DNA of 63,135 nt from Chloroflexota bacterium (GCA_016199265.1 JACQGX010000088.1:1-63135); one strand, 5' to 3'; numbered from the stretch's first letter, positions 50,646-60,832 are shown. A program made the numbers and translations. Notes: generated by a model not told the origin, from the letters alone.

Positions 50646-52010
50646 ATGGCCGCTGAGCGGATTTCTGTGCTCGTTGTCGATGGCTCGCCCGAGCAGGCCG
50701 AGCGGCTTACCCGAATGATAGCCGCTCACGACGACCTCGTGATCGCCGGCTCGGTGGGGCACGGCGCCGAGGCAGTCGAGCGCATCCCGATCGTGCGGCC
50801 GGACATCGTGCTGGTCGACCGGCAATTGGTCGACGCCGATGGCTTCAGCGCAACCGAGGCGATCGTCTCACAGTATCCGTGGGTGTCGGTGATTATGCTG
50901 TCCGGCACGGCCGACCCCGACGACTTTCGGCGAGCGATGCTGGCCGGCGCCCGCCAGCTTCTGAACCGCCCGTTTACCGAGACCAACCTCGCCGGCGCGA
51001 TCAGGCAGGTCTATCAGCGCCGCGCGGCCGGCGCAGGGGCCGCGGCCCCGCCGCCGTCGGCCGAAGCGCCGGCGGGGCCGCCGATGTCATTGCTGTCCCA
51101 GGGCACTCTACCGGCGCCTGCCCTGGCACCTGGCCCGGCGATTGCGCCGGCTGCGTCGATTGCGCCGGCTGCCAAGCAAGGCGCGATCTACACGTTCTAT
51201 TCGGCCAAGGGCGGCGTCGGCTGCACGACGCTCGCGTGCAATCTTGCCGTTGCGCTCAAGCAGCGCACGGGCAAGGAGGTGGCCCTCTTCGACTGCGGCC
51301 TGCTGTTCGGCGACGTCGGCGTCGTGCTCAACATCGATCCGCGCCAGACGATTGTCGATCTGCTGCCCCGCTCGGGCGACGCGACAGGCCGGAATTCCGG
51401 CATCGACGCCGACGTGCTCCGCCAGGTGATGGTGACCCATAGCTCGGGCGTGAAAGTGCTACTCGCGCCCGCTTCACCGGAGAAGGCCGAGCTGATCGCA
51501 CCGGAGCACGTGGCGCGGGTGCTGGCGCTGCTGCGCGAACAGTTCGACTACGTCGTCATCGATACGTGGCCGACGTTCGAGGAGCGCATCCTCCATGTGC
51601 TCGACACCTCGGACCACATCGTCGTGCCCACCACGCTCGAAATGCCGGCGATCAAGAACTGCAAGCTCCTGCTCGACGTGGCGAGCGCGCTCGCCTACCC
51701 ACCGGAGAAAATCGCGCTGGTGCTCAACCGCGCGAACAGCCGCGGCGGTATCCGCGTTCACGACGTCGAGCAGATTCTGCAGAAGCGCTTCTTCGCCGAA
51801 ATCGTCTCCGACGGGCGCCTGACGACGCACTCGCTCAACGAGGGTGTGCCCTTTGTGATGACCAACCCCGACGCGCCGATCTCGGCCAATGTCGTCGATC
51901 TCGCCTGCCGGCTGGCAGGCGTGCCCGCGCCGGCGACCGGAGAACGCCAGCGGCCCCGCCAGCGTGCCGGCGGCCTGCTGCGCGCCGTCGGCAGCGTCTT
52001 CGGCGCATAG
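50646..52010 (+). CDS. Receiver domain fused to a TadZ/CpaE-like ParA/MinD-family ATPase
   Basis: The REC domain (VLVVDGS...IVLVDRQLVDADG) is followed by an Ala/Pro linker and then YSAKGGVGCTTLACNLA, an atypical Walker A lacking the GK[ST] lysine as in TadZ/CpaE. Confidence 0.75.
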   Translation: MAAERISVLVVDGSPEQAERLTRMIAAHDDLVIAGSVGHGAEAVERIPIVRPDIVLVDRQLVDADGFSATEAIVSQYPWVSVIMLSGTADPDDFRRAMLAGARQLLNRPFTETNLAGAIRQVYQRRAAGAGAAAPPPSAEAPAGPPMSLLSQGTLPAPALAPGPAIAPAASIAPAAKQGAIYTFYSAKGGVGCTTLACNLAVALKQRTGKEVALFDCGLLFGDVGVVLNIDPRQTIVDLLPRSGDATGRNSGIDADVLRQVMVTHSSGVKVLLAPASPEKAELIAPEHVARVLALLREQFDYVVIDTWPTFEERILHVLDTSDHIVVPTTLEMPAIKNCKLLLDVASALAYPPEKIALVLNRANSRGGIRVHDVEQILQKRFFAEIVSDGRLTTHSLNEGVPFVMTNPDAPISANVVDLACRLAGVPAPATGERQRPRQRAGGLLRAVGSVFGA

Positions 52011-52153
52011 ACACACCGGCGCGATTACACGTATCCACCGTAAAGGCATCCGTTAGCCGGGCCCGCTGCTATAATCGGGATCAGGCTACCGCTTTCTAGT
52101 TGGGCCGGCAGCGTATGCGGGCGAGGCGGGAGTCGTTGTAGGCGAGTCGATCG

Positions 52154-54706
52154 GTGGGTATGGACGCGCTAAGCCGCCTCTCGGAGATGAGCCGCCAGAT
52201 TCTTACGCTTGCGAAGAAAGAGGCGGCCTTTTTTCAGCACGACCAGATCCGTACCGAGCACATCCTCCTGGCGATCGCCGCCGTACCGGAAGCGGTTGCC
52301 TCGCGCCTGCTGCGCCGCCAGGGCGTCGATCCGCAGGCGGTGGTGCGTGAGGTGGTTTCGCACTTGCACATTGGGCGCGCGGTCGACAGCCGGGCGATTA
52401 CGCTTTCGCTGTCGGCGCGGCGGTCGATTGAGGTCGCCGGCATCGAGGCGCAGCGCCTGGGCTCGGAGTACATCGGCACCGAGCACCTCTTGCTCGGCAT
52501 CATGGCCGAGCGCGACAGCCTCGCCGGCCGCGTGCTGACCAAGCTCGGTATCGATGCCGACGTCATCCGGCGCCAGGCCACCGGACTGTCCGACGGCGGC
52601 CGGCAGGTCGCGGCGGCCGGCGCGCCTACCGGCTCACGCTCGCGCGGGCGCTCCACCGAAAAGAGCGACGGCAAACCGTCGATGCTGGCGCAGTTCGGAC
52701 GTGACCTGACACAACTGGCGCGCGTCGGCCGAACGGATCCGCTCGTCGGCCGGCAAAAGGAGCTCCAACGGATCGCACAGATTCTGCTGCGCCGCACTAA
52801 GAACAACCCGGTGCTCGTCGGCGAGGCAGGAGTTGGCAAGACGGCGATCGTCGAAGGGCTGGCGCGCGCCATCGTCGACCGCGAAGTGCCCGAGATGCTG
52901 CGGGGCCTGCGCGTGATCCAGCTCGATCTGCCGGGAATGGTCGCCGGCACCAAGTACCGCGGCGACTTCGAGGAGCGGCTCAAAGGTGTCGTCGCCGAGT
53001 TGGTGAAGGATGGCAACGTCATCGTCTTCATCGACGAGCTGCACATGCTGCTCGGCGCCGGCGGGGCGGTTGGCGCGATCGACGCCGCGAGCATGCTCAA
53101 GCCGGCGCTGGCGCGCGGCCAGGTGCGCTGCATCGGTGCGACGACGTGGCGCGAGTACCGCCGGTACATCGAGGCGGACGGCGCGCTGGCGCGGCGCTTC
53201 CAGCCGGTACCGGTCGAAGAGCCGAGCGTCGACGAGACGGTCGAGATTCTCAAGGGGCTGCGGCCGGTCTACGAGACGTTTCACGGCGTGGCGATCGCCG
53301 ACGAGGCGTTGGTCGGCGCCGTCCGGATGAGCGACCGCTACATCATGGATCGCGCGCTGCCCGATAAGGCGATCGACTTGATCGACGAGGCGGCGGCGCG
53401 AGCCAAAGTCATGCGCCTGACGCCATCGGACGAGATACGGCGGCTGCAGCGGCTGCGCGAGCAGGCACGCACCGAGCGCGACGCGGCGGTCGAGTGGCGC
53501 GAGTACGAGCGGGCGAGCGCACTCGGCGAGGAAGAGCGTCGCCTGGCGCGCGAGCTCGAGGACCTTCGCACCGACTGGCGTAGCCGGTTGGAAGCACAAG
53601 CCGCGACGATTGGCCCCGACGACGTCGCCAAGGTGGTGGCCGGGTGGACGGGCGTGCCGGTGTCCAGCCTGACCGAGCACGAGGCGGCGCGGCTGCTAAA
53701 GATGGAGCCAGGGCTGGGCGAGCGAGTGGTCGGTCAGCGTCATGCGCTGGCTGCACTGGCCAAGGCGTTGCGCCGGTCGGCGGCACGCTTGGGCGATCCC
53801 AACCGCCCGGTTGGCTCATTCTTGCTCGTCGGCCCGACGGGTGTCGGCAAGACCGAGGTGGCCAAGGCGCTGGCAGAATACCTCTTCACCAGTGAGGACA
53901 GCCTGATCCGCTTCGACATGAGCGAGTTCAGCGAGTACCACACGATCTCGCGCTTGGTGGGAGCACCGCCGGGGTACGTCGGCTACGAAAACGCGGGAGA
54001 GCTGTCGGAGGCCGTCCGACGGCGGCCGTACTCGGTGGTGCTCTTCGACGAAGTCGACAAGGCCCATCCGCAAGTATTGACGGTGCTGCTGCAGATCATG
54101 GACAGCGGACACCTGACCGACGCGCACGGGCGGCGGGTGAACTTCAAGAACACGACCGTGCTCATGACGGCCAATTTCGGCACCGAGCGGCTGCGCCGAG
54201 CGGGGATCGGTTTCCGCGAGCAGCAGGCGGGTGGCGGGATAACGGCGGCGAACGTGCGCGACATCGTGGGCAACGAGCTCAAGCGGCGGCTGGCACCCGA
54301 GTTCATCAACCGGCTCGACGAGGTGATCGTCTTCGAGCCGCTGCAGCCGGACGACATGCGCGCGATCGCCGAGAGGATGCTCATGCGCGAGCGTGTGGCG
54401 GCGCAGGTACGCGGCTTCGAGATGCGCTGGAACGAAGCCGTCGTCGCGCTGCTGGCGGAGAAGGGACACACCCCGTTCGACGGCGCTCGCCCGCTGCGCA
54501 CGCTCGTCCAGCAGTGGGTGGAGGACGAAGTGGCGCAACAGGTGCTCGACGGCCGCCTCAAAGCCGGCCAGACAATCGTGCTCGAGGCTGTCGACGGCAA
54601 GCTGGAGTTGCGCGGCGCGTCCGCGCCGCCACCCGGCGCCTCCGAACCATCCGGGGACGGCTCCGAAGACGCGAGCGAAGCGCTGGCGGTGACTGCAGAG
54701 GCGTAG
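52154..54706 (+). CDS. clpC: ATP-dependent Clp protease ATP-binding subunit ClpC
   Basis: Clp_N repeats are present (TEHILLAI / TEHLLLGI). There are two AAA modules (GEAGVGKTA and GPTGVGKTE) with a UVR-like linker between them. Confidence 0.9.
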   Translation: MGMDALSRLSEMSRQILTLAKKEAAFFQHDQIRTEHILLAIAAVPEAVASRLLRRQGVDPQAVVREVVSHLHIGRAVDSRAITLSLSARRSIEVAGIEAQRLGSEYIGTEHLLLGIMAERDSLAGRVLTKLGIDADVIRRQATGLSDGGRQVAAAGAPTGSRSRGRSTEKSDGKPSMLAQFGRDLTQLARVGRTDPLVGRQKELQRIAQILLRRTKNNPVLVGEAGVGKTAIVEGLARAIVDREVPEMLRGLRVIQLDLPGMVAGTKYRGDFEERLKGVVAELVKDGNVIVFIDELHMLLGAGGAVGAIDAASMLKPALARGQVRCIGATTWREYRRYIEADGALARRFQPVPVEEPSVDETVEILKGLRPVYETFHGVAIADEALVGAVRMSDRYIMDRALPDKAIDLIDEAAARAKVMRLTPSDEIRRLQRLREQARTERDAAVEWREYERASALGEEERRLARELEDLRTDWRSRLEAQAATIGPDDVAKVVAGWTGVPVSSLTEHEAARLLKMEPGLGERVVGQRHALAALAKALRRSAARLGDPNRPVGSFLLVGPTGVGKTEVAKALAEYLFTSEDSLIRFDMSEFSEYHTISRLVGAPPGYVGYENAGELSEAVRRRPYSVVLFDEVDKAHPQVLTVLLQIMDSGHLTDAHGRRVNFKNTTVLMTANFGTERLRRAGIGFREQQAGGGITAANVRDIVGNELKRRLAPEFINRLDEVIVFEPLQPDDMRAIAERMLMRERVAAQVRGFEMRWNEAVVALLAEKGHTPFDGARPLRTLVQQWVEDEVAQQVLDGRLKAGQTIVLEAVDGKLELRGASAPPPGASEPSGDGSEDASEALAVTAEA

Positions 54707-54729
54707 CGGCCTCGCGTTTTCAGTGCCAG

Positions 54730-54935
54730 GGTGAGGCGCATCGGCTCGAGGGCGCGCCCGCCGTGGGCTAAAGCAATACCGTTGGCGAGATTCGGCACCG
54801 TGTACTGCGGGGAGGGCCCGCCGGGGGCTGAAGCCCACCGGCTACGTAAACGAAGCCAGCTCAAGCAGGCTGGCCACTCCCCGCAGACGTTTTTCAGGGC
54901 AGTAGGGCCGCCCGGTTCAGAGGCCGGAGATCGGA
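54730..54935. repeat. Intergenic patch of short hairpin motifs (e.g. GGGCTGAAGCCC)
   Basis: The motif gggggctgaagcccaccggctacgtaaacgaagcc and other short inverted repeats are present. No credible ORF is found. Confidence 0.4.
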
Positions 54936-55102
54936 CCGTCGGGAGTGTCCGCGAATGACGCTATACTGTGGCCAGGGTTGCGGAGCATATGGATCGGCGC
55001 GGCCAGAAAGTACGGCATGGAGCTCGCGTGGACTATGTAGGCACGCGCATTGGGGATGCTCTAAGTGCCGGCCGCGCTGTTCGTTCTGTCGAGCAACCGG
55101 TC

Positions 55103-55387
55103 GTGACTCTTGAGGGCCTCCGAGCGCGACGCGAGGAGATCCTGCGGATTGCGGCAGCGCACGGGGCGCGAAACGTCCGTGTCTTTGGCTCGGTCGCCAG
55201 AGGACAAGCTCGGCCCGACAGCGACGTGGACTTCCTGGTGGAGCTCGAACCAAATCGCACGGTGCTCGACCTGAGCAGCCTCATCCTCGACCTGCAAGCA
55301 GCCTTGCGGCGCAAGGTTGACGTAGTGGAACTGGGACGCACGTCGCCTGCCGCCGAGCTTATCGAGCGTGAAGCGGTCCCACTATGA
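55103..55387 (+). CDS. Nucleotidyltransferase (MntA-like antitoxin-type) with no HEPN partner
   Basis: The motif is RNVRVFGSVARGQARPDSDVDFLVEL (GSxxRG...DxD). The GTG at 55103 gives the typical ~94 aa. The stop overlaps the ABC gene ATG (ATGA at 55384). Confidence 0.7.
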   Translation: MTLEGLRARREEILRIAAAHGARNVRVFGSVARGQARPDSDVDFLVELEPNRTVLDLSSLILDLQAALRRKVDVVELGRTSPAAELIEREAVPL

Positions 55388-57314
55388 CCGAAGACCAACC
55401 CCGGCTGCAGGCGCTGGCGGACTATGGCTGGCTGCTGTGGCTCGTGGTGCGCGCCGCGCCGGGGGCATGCGCCCTCTGGACGGCCACGACGCTTGGCCAG
55501 GCCCTGCTTGTGCCGGCGCAGCTCTGGCTCACCAAGACGCTGGTCGACTCGCTTCCTTCGAGCAACAGAACTACTACGACCAGCTCGATCGCGTCCTCTC
55601 CGGCACCGAGACGCGCTGGTCGGGCATGGTTGGGCATTTCCTCGGTCTGGTGCGCGAGGCGGTGCGGTTCACCAGCTACGCCGTGGCGCTCACCAGCGTG
55701 GCGCCGGTCCTGCTGTTGGTCGCCATCGCCGGCGTTGCGCCTGGTGCCGCGGTCTTCTTGGGGGGTGGCCTGAGCTACTACGGTCTGCTCCGGCAGCAGA
55801 CCCGCGAGTCTCGCCTCGGCGACTACAACGCCAGCCTGCTCACCGAGCGGGGGTTCGCCAAGGAGGTGCGCCTGTACGGGCTGGCCGGCTACGCGCTGGA
55901 CGGCTGGCACCGGCTCTACTGGCAAACGCGTGACGAGCGCCGCCGCCTGGCGCAGCGCCAGGCCATCAAGGCGCGGGCGGTCATTCTCGCGGCGACGATG
56001 GCGAACATGGGGGCGCTCGTTTGGGTGGTAACGGCCGGGCGAATCCATGTCACGGCCGGCGGCTATGCGCTGCTCTTTCAGGCGCTCAACGGCGTGATCC
56101 AGACGCTGTACTTCCTGGCGAACACGCTCCAGACGCTCGGTACCCAGGCGGGTCACGCCAGTGCCGTCCGTGCCTTCTTTCGGCTGCCCTCGGAGACCGC
56201 TTCCTCGAACACGGCCTCGTCGGACACGGCCTCGTCGGACACGGCCTCGCCGGACACGGCCTCGTCGGACACGGCCTCGTCGGACACGGCCTCGTCAGAG
56301 ACTTCCTCGTCAGAGACTTCCTCGTCGGACACGGCCTCGCCGGCGACCGCCAATGGAGGCAGCGAACGAGCGGGTCACGTGAGACAGGCGGGCGTGGCAC
56401 GTGTGGCAGGGCTGGGGGCGGCGGTGGTGGGAGCAGGCGTGGGCGAGGCGGGCGTGGCGTTCCCCCGTCCGCTGCGTCACTCGATCCGCTTCGAGGACGT
56501 GTGGTTTACCTACCCCGGCGCCAGTCAACCGGCGCTGTCGGGCGTGACGTGCGAGATCCGGGCGGGCGAAACGGTGGCGCTCGTCGGCGAGAACGGCGCC
56601 GGCAAGACCACGCTGGTCAAGCTCCTGCTCGGCCTGTACCAGCCGGATGCCGGACGGATCACGTTCGACGGGATCGACGCGCGCGAGATCGATCCCCAAG
56701 CGCTGCGCGCCGCGGCCTCCGCGGTGTTCCAGCAGTTCGTCCACTACCACCTGACCTTCCGCGAGAACGTCGCCCTCGGCCAGCCGGCGGGAGACGGCAT
56801 GGGCAGCGACGGCCCAATGACGAAGGCACCGGACCCGGCGCCGGACCCGGCACACGAGACTGCGCCCGGCTCGGCGCTCGTGGCCGCGATGGAGCGCGCG
56901 GTCGAGCGGGCCGTCGAGCAGGCGGGGGCCCAAGACATTGTGCGGGCGCTGCCGCAGGGCTACGACACGCTGCTCGGGCCGGACGTGGGCGGCGTGGACC
57001 TTTCCAGCGGCCAGTGGCAGCGGGTCGCCCTCGCCCGCGCCTTCTATCGCCCGGCCCAGGTGCTTGTGCTCGACGAACCGACCGCCGCGTTGGATCCTCT
57101 CGCGGAGCTGGCGGTGTTCGAGCGCTTCGCCGCGTTAGCCGCCGGCCGCACGGCCGTGCTGATCTCCCATCGCCTGGGCATGGTGCGGCTGGCCGGCCGC
57201 GTGATCGTCCTCGAGCAGGGGCGCGTGGCCGAGAGCGGCACGTACGAGTCGCTGCTCCGCAGCGGCGGCGCCTACGCCGCCCTGTTTACGGCGCAGGCGA
57301 GGTGGTACACGTGA
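55384..57314 (+). pseudogene. ABC exporter (fused TMD-NBD) with an N-terminal deletion/frameshift and a 15-nt tandem repeat in the linker
   Basis: The N-terminus (frame of 55384) reads ...AQLWLTKTLVDSL. The frame then shifts near 55545 into ...SFEQQNYYDQLDRV, which skips about 58 aa that are present in the paralog. The NBD motifs are intact: GENGAGKTT, LSSGQWQR and VLVLDEPTAALD. Confidence 0.7.
56196..56345 (+). repeat. About ten tandem copies of a 15-nt unit (ACGGCCTCGTCGGAC) encoding (TASSD)n
   Basis: Units are phased at 56196, 56211, 56226 ... 56331 with a few substitutions. They encode SSNTASSDTASSDTASPDTASSDTASSDTASSETSSSETSSSDTASP. Confidence 0.9.
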
Positions 57315-59365
57315 GCGCGGCCAGGGCTACCAATACCGCCGCCGGCACCGCCGCAACCACCAACGGCGTCACTATCGCTACCACCGCGACCGCGGCCGGT
57401 GCAGACCAGGCGCTCGCCGCGCGTCACCGGACCGAGTTGTGGTGGAACATCTTCGGCCTGCTCCGTGAGATCTGGCTGGCGCAGCCGCTCGCGAGCGTGG
57501 CCATGGTGGCGCTCATGCTGGCCGGCAACGCCTGAACCGGGCTCTACGTGCTGGCCATGGGTGGGCTGGTGGATGCGCTGACCGGCGGGGCGGCCGGCGG
57601 CCACTCTGCCCTGTTCTGGGTCTGGGTCTACGTCGGCGCGAGCGTGCTGGAGGAGGCGTATTGGGCGGTGGAACCGGTGCTCTCGGTCTACCTCGTCGAT
57701 CACAGCGGCTACCGAATCCAGCGCCGCGTCCTGGAGCGCGCGGCTGCGGCGCCGCTGATCCAGTTCGAGGAAGGAGCCTTCTTCGACCACCTCCAGCGCG
57801 CCTCGGCGGCGATAGGCGAGCGGCTGGTCAATCTCTCCCGCGACGTGTTCGGGGTCTGCCGCTACCCCATCAGCCTGCTGTCGCTGGCCATCGCGCTCGC
57901 CGCCGTCCACCCCGCGCTGCTCCCGCTGCTCGTGGCGGGCGGCCTACCATCGGTCTGGCTCAACGCGCGGGCCGCCACCGCCGTCTACCAGGCGCAGCGG
58001 CGGCACACGACCAGCGACCGCATCCGCAGTCACCTGCAACGCTTGCTCACCAGCCGCGAAGCGGCCGCCGAGGTGCGCCTATTTGGCACCGTCGGCCCTT
58101 TGCTGGCGCGCTGGCGGCGGCTGCGCCGCGAGCGTGCGCGCGACGTGCTCGGCGCCTGGCGACGCCGCAGCGCGCTGGCCGGTGCAGGCAGTTTCCTGGC
58201 CGGCGTGGCCTACGCCGCCGGGCTCGTGCTCGTGACCTGGCTCATTCTCCAGCGGCGCCTCTCCGTCGGCGGCTACGTCACCGTGGCCGCCGGTGCGCTT
58301 TGGTTCCAGGAGATGCTGGGCGGCCTCATCTCAGGCCTCCGCTCGCTGGAGGAGCAGTCCCAGTTCCTCGGGGATCTGTTCGACTTCTGGCGCGAGGCAC
58401 GAATCGAGGGCTCACCACAAAGGCACAAAGACACAAAGGAGGTTACAAAGGTAAGAAGGGGAGAGGAGAACGTGGGCGCGGCACCCTCGGAGCCGGCTCT
58501 CCCTCTCCCGGTGGGTCACGGCACTCCCCCTCGCCCACAAGGGCCGAGGGGGTCGGGGGGTGAGGGGAAACCTCGCCGCGGCCTCGCCGTCGAAGCCGAA
58601 CACCTCACCTTTGCCTACCCCGGTGCCGCTGCCCCGGTTCTCCGAGACGTGAGCCTGTGCATCGCGCCGGGCGAGAAGATCGCCATTGTCGGCGAGAACG
58701 GCGCGGGCAAGACTACGCTGGTGAAAGTGCTGATCGGCTTCTACCAGCCGGATGCCGGTGTGGTCCGCCTGGACGGGCTACCGCTCGTTGGCGACCAGGC
58801 GGTGGCGGCGCGCCGCCGCATCGCCGCCGTCTTCCAGGACTACGCCACGTATCAGCTCACCGCGCGCGAGAACATCGGCTTTGGCGACCTCGCCCGGCGC
58901 CACGACGAGGCGGCCCTCCTTGCTGCGGCCGAGCGTGCGGGCTTCGCCGGCTTCGTCCGTGCACTGCCCAAGGGGCTGGACACCTACCTCGGCCGCCAGT
59001 TCGGCGACACCGAGCTCTCGGGCGGCCAGTGGCAACGCGTGGCGCTCGCCCGGGCGTTCTTCCGCAACGCCAATCTGCTGGTGCTGGACGAGGCGACGGC
59101 GGCGCTCGATCCGCTAGCCGAGTTGGCGCTGTTCGAGCGCTTCGCCGAGCTGGTCGAGGGACGCAGCGCCATCATGATCTCGCACCGTCTGGGCGTGGCG
59201 CGGCTGGCGGATCGCGTGATCGTCTTGCGCGAGGGCCGCATCGTCGAGGAGGGCCGCCACGCCGACCTCGTCACCAGGGGCGGCGCGTATGCGGCGCTGT
59301 TCGAGGCGCAGGCCCAGTGGTATCGCAGTCAACCAGGCACCCGCCCGACAGCACAACAGAGGTGA
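57311..59365 (+). pseudogene. Second ABC exporter (fused TMD-NBD) interrupted by one in-frame TGA; repeat-derived insert in the linker
   Basis: The GTG at 57311 overlaps the upstream stop. The sequence reads ...MLAGNA-TGA(57533-57535)-TGLYVLAMGGLVDAL in one frame. The NBD motifs are GENGAGKTT, LSGGQWQR and LLVLDEATAALD. Confidence 0.7.
58408..58572. repeat. Intragenic composite repeat (CACAAAGG units plus CCCTCTCCC/GGGGTGAGGGG motif) in the ABC linker
   Basis: The DNA caccacaaaggcacaaagacacaaaggaggttacaaagg ... ctccctctcccggtggg ... ggtcggggggtgagggg encodes GSPQRHKDTKEVTKVRRGEENV...GSGGEGKP. Confidence 0.75.
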
Positions 59366-59567
59366 GGGTGACAACCGGGACAGACCCCTGAGACTGTCTC
59401 GTTTCGTACGCTGGACCACCCGTCGGCAGTCGCGTGTCCACGTGCCCATGCTAATCAGAGATCACCAGGCCGCGGGCTATCCTCGCTGCCCACCCGGTAC
59501 GATCGGCCGACACGACGAAGGCTGGCTAATGCCCGCCACCCGCCAACCAGGCCGAGGGGCAGTCCGG

Positions 59568-60344
59568 ATGCAGTACCTGTTCAGCGATACCGACGTGGCC
59601 GCACGTCGGCTCCAAGTGGTCACCCAGGTGTTTGCCGAAGCGACGAAGCCCTTTCTGTTGGAGGTGGGACCGCGCCGGCCGCGGCTCACCTACGATCTGG
59701 GGTGCGGCCCCGGCTTCACGACACACCTGCTCGCCGACACCCTCGAGTGCGAGCGTGTGGTGGGACTCGACACGTCGCCGCACTTCCTCACGCTGGCGCG
59801 GCAGCGCGCGACGAGCCGCACGGCGTTCGCCCTGCACGACGTCACCGCGCTGCCCTTCCCGGAAGGGCCTGGCGACCTCATCTACTGTCGATTCCTTCTC
59901 ACGCACCTACCGGACCCCAGCGCCGTCCTCGGCCGGTGGACCAGCCAGTTGCGGCCACAGGGCCGTCTGTTGGCGGAGGAGGTGGAGTGGATCCATACCA
60001 CCAACGAGGTCTTCCAGACCTATCTCGACATCGTGGAGGCCATGCTGGCGGCACAGTCGACGCACTTGTACGTGGGGCCGCTCCTGGACCGCCGCGGGGA
60101 CATCGAGGGCACGCGGCGCCAGGTGAGCTGGGTGTACCGGCTCTCGGTGCCGACGCACCTCGCCGCCACCGTGTTCCGGCTGAACATGCAGGCGTGGAGG
60201 GACGAGCCTTTCGTGCGGGAGCATTACTCCGCCTCGGCGCTTGAGGAGCTCGAGCAGGCGCTCGTGAGCCTCACCCAGCGCGAGGCCCGTGAGCCGGAGA
60301 TCGAGTGGGGCGTGCGCCAACTGGCGTGGGCGCGCGTGTTCTAG
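59568..60344 (+). CDS. Class I SAM-dependent methyltransferase
   Basis: Motif I is YDLGCGPGFTT, followed by VGLDTSPHFL, DLIYCRFLLTHL and LRPQGRLL. The start is at the ATG at 59568 (alternative at 59529). Confidence 0.75.
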   Translation: MQYLFSDTDVAARRLQVVTQVFAEATKPFLLEVGPRRPRLTYDLGCGPGFTTHLLADTLECERVVGLDTSPHFLTLARQRATSRTAFALHDVTALPFPEGPGDLIYCRFLLTHLPDPSAVLGRWTSQLRPQGRLLAEEVEWIHTTNEVFQTYLDIVEAMLAAQSTHLYVGPLLDRRGDIEGTRRQVSWVYRLSVPTHLAATVFRLNMQAWRDEPFVREHYSASALEELEQALVSLTQREAREPEIEWGVRQLAWARVF

Positions 60345-60469
60345 GGCGTGATAGGGAAGGCGACAGACGCCGCGTTCTGCCGCCCTCTTAAGTGCGGTCG
60401 GACATCCCTGCTGGGAAGACGGTGGATGGGTCGCTGAGCGGCTGTGAGGGTAGAATGCAACGAAACTCG

Positions 60470-60779
60470 CAAAGCGTCGCAGTTCTTCGCCACGTGGTCG
60501 GTACCGATCCGCTCCTCGTTTGTGTCAGTGGAGCGCCACGAACGGACTACGGCGCGCCGCGGTCCCGGCGTGGAAGAGGCCATCGCCCAGTTGGGGGCCG
60601 GGCAACTCCTCGAGGCGTGGGTGCGCGCACAGCCGCTTGAGTTGGGCGTGCCGGTCCTCGAAGTCGACACCACCGACGGCTACATGCCCAATCTCGACGC
60701 GATCGTACCTCCCGTGCGATCGGCCGCGGCGCACGATCACGAACAGCAGGATGGCGGCCCCATGCGGACCCGCCAATGA
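60470..60779 (+). pseudogene. Degenerate remnant of a P-loop kinase-like gene
   Basis: A P-loop-like LLVCVSGAPRT segment lies in one frame. A typical C-terminal VLEVDTTDGYMPNLDAIV segment lies in another. No intact ORF is present. Confidence 0.3.
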
Positions 60780-60832
60780 CCCGAGACGCTTTCCTCGCCC
60801 GCAGGCCTGCCGGCGCGCTCGTCGCCGACGCC

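Noticed and set aside
55368-55545. The track's N-terminus for the 648-aa ABC ORF (MKRSHYDRRPTPAAGAGG...).
   Set aside because: This stretch is the out-of-frame reading of the true N-terminus, which is in the frame of the ATG at 55384 (MTEDQPRLQALADYGWLLWLVV...). It is Arg/Ala/Gly-rich and has no TM helix.
57533-57535. The in-frame TGA in ABC exporter 2 as selenocysteine or other recoding.
   Set aside because: No SECIS-like hairpin follows. The aligned residue in the paralog is Leu within a TM helix, with no redox context. A point mutation or sequencing error is far more likely.
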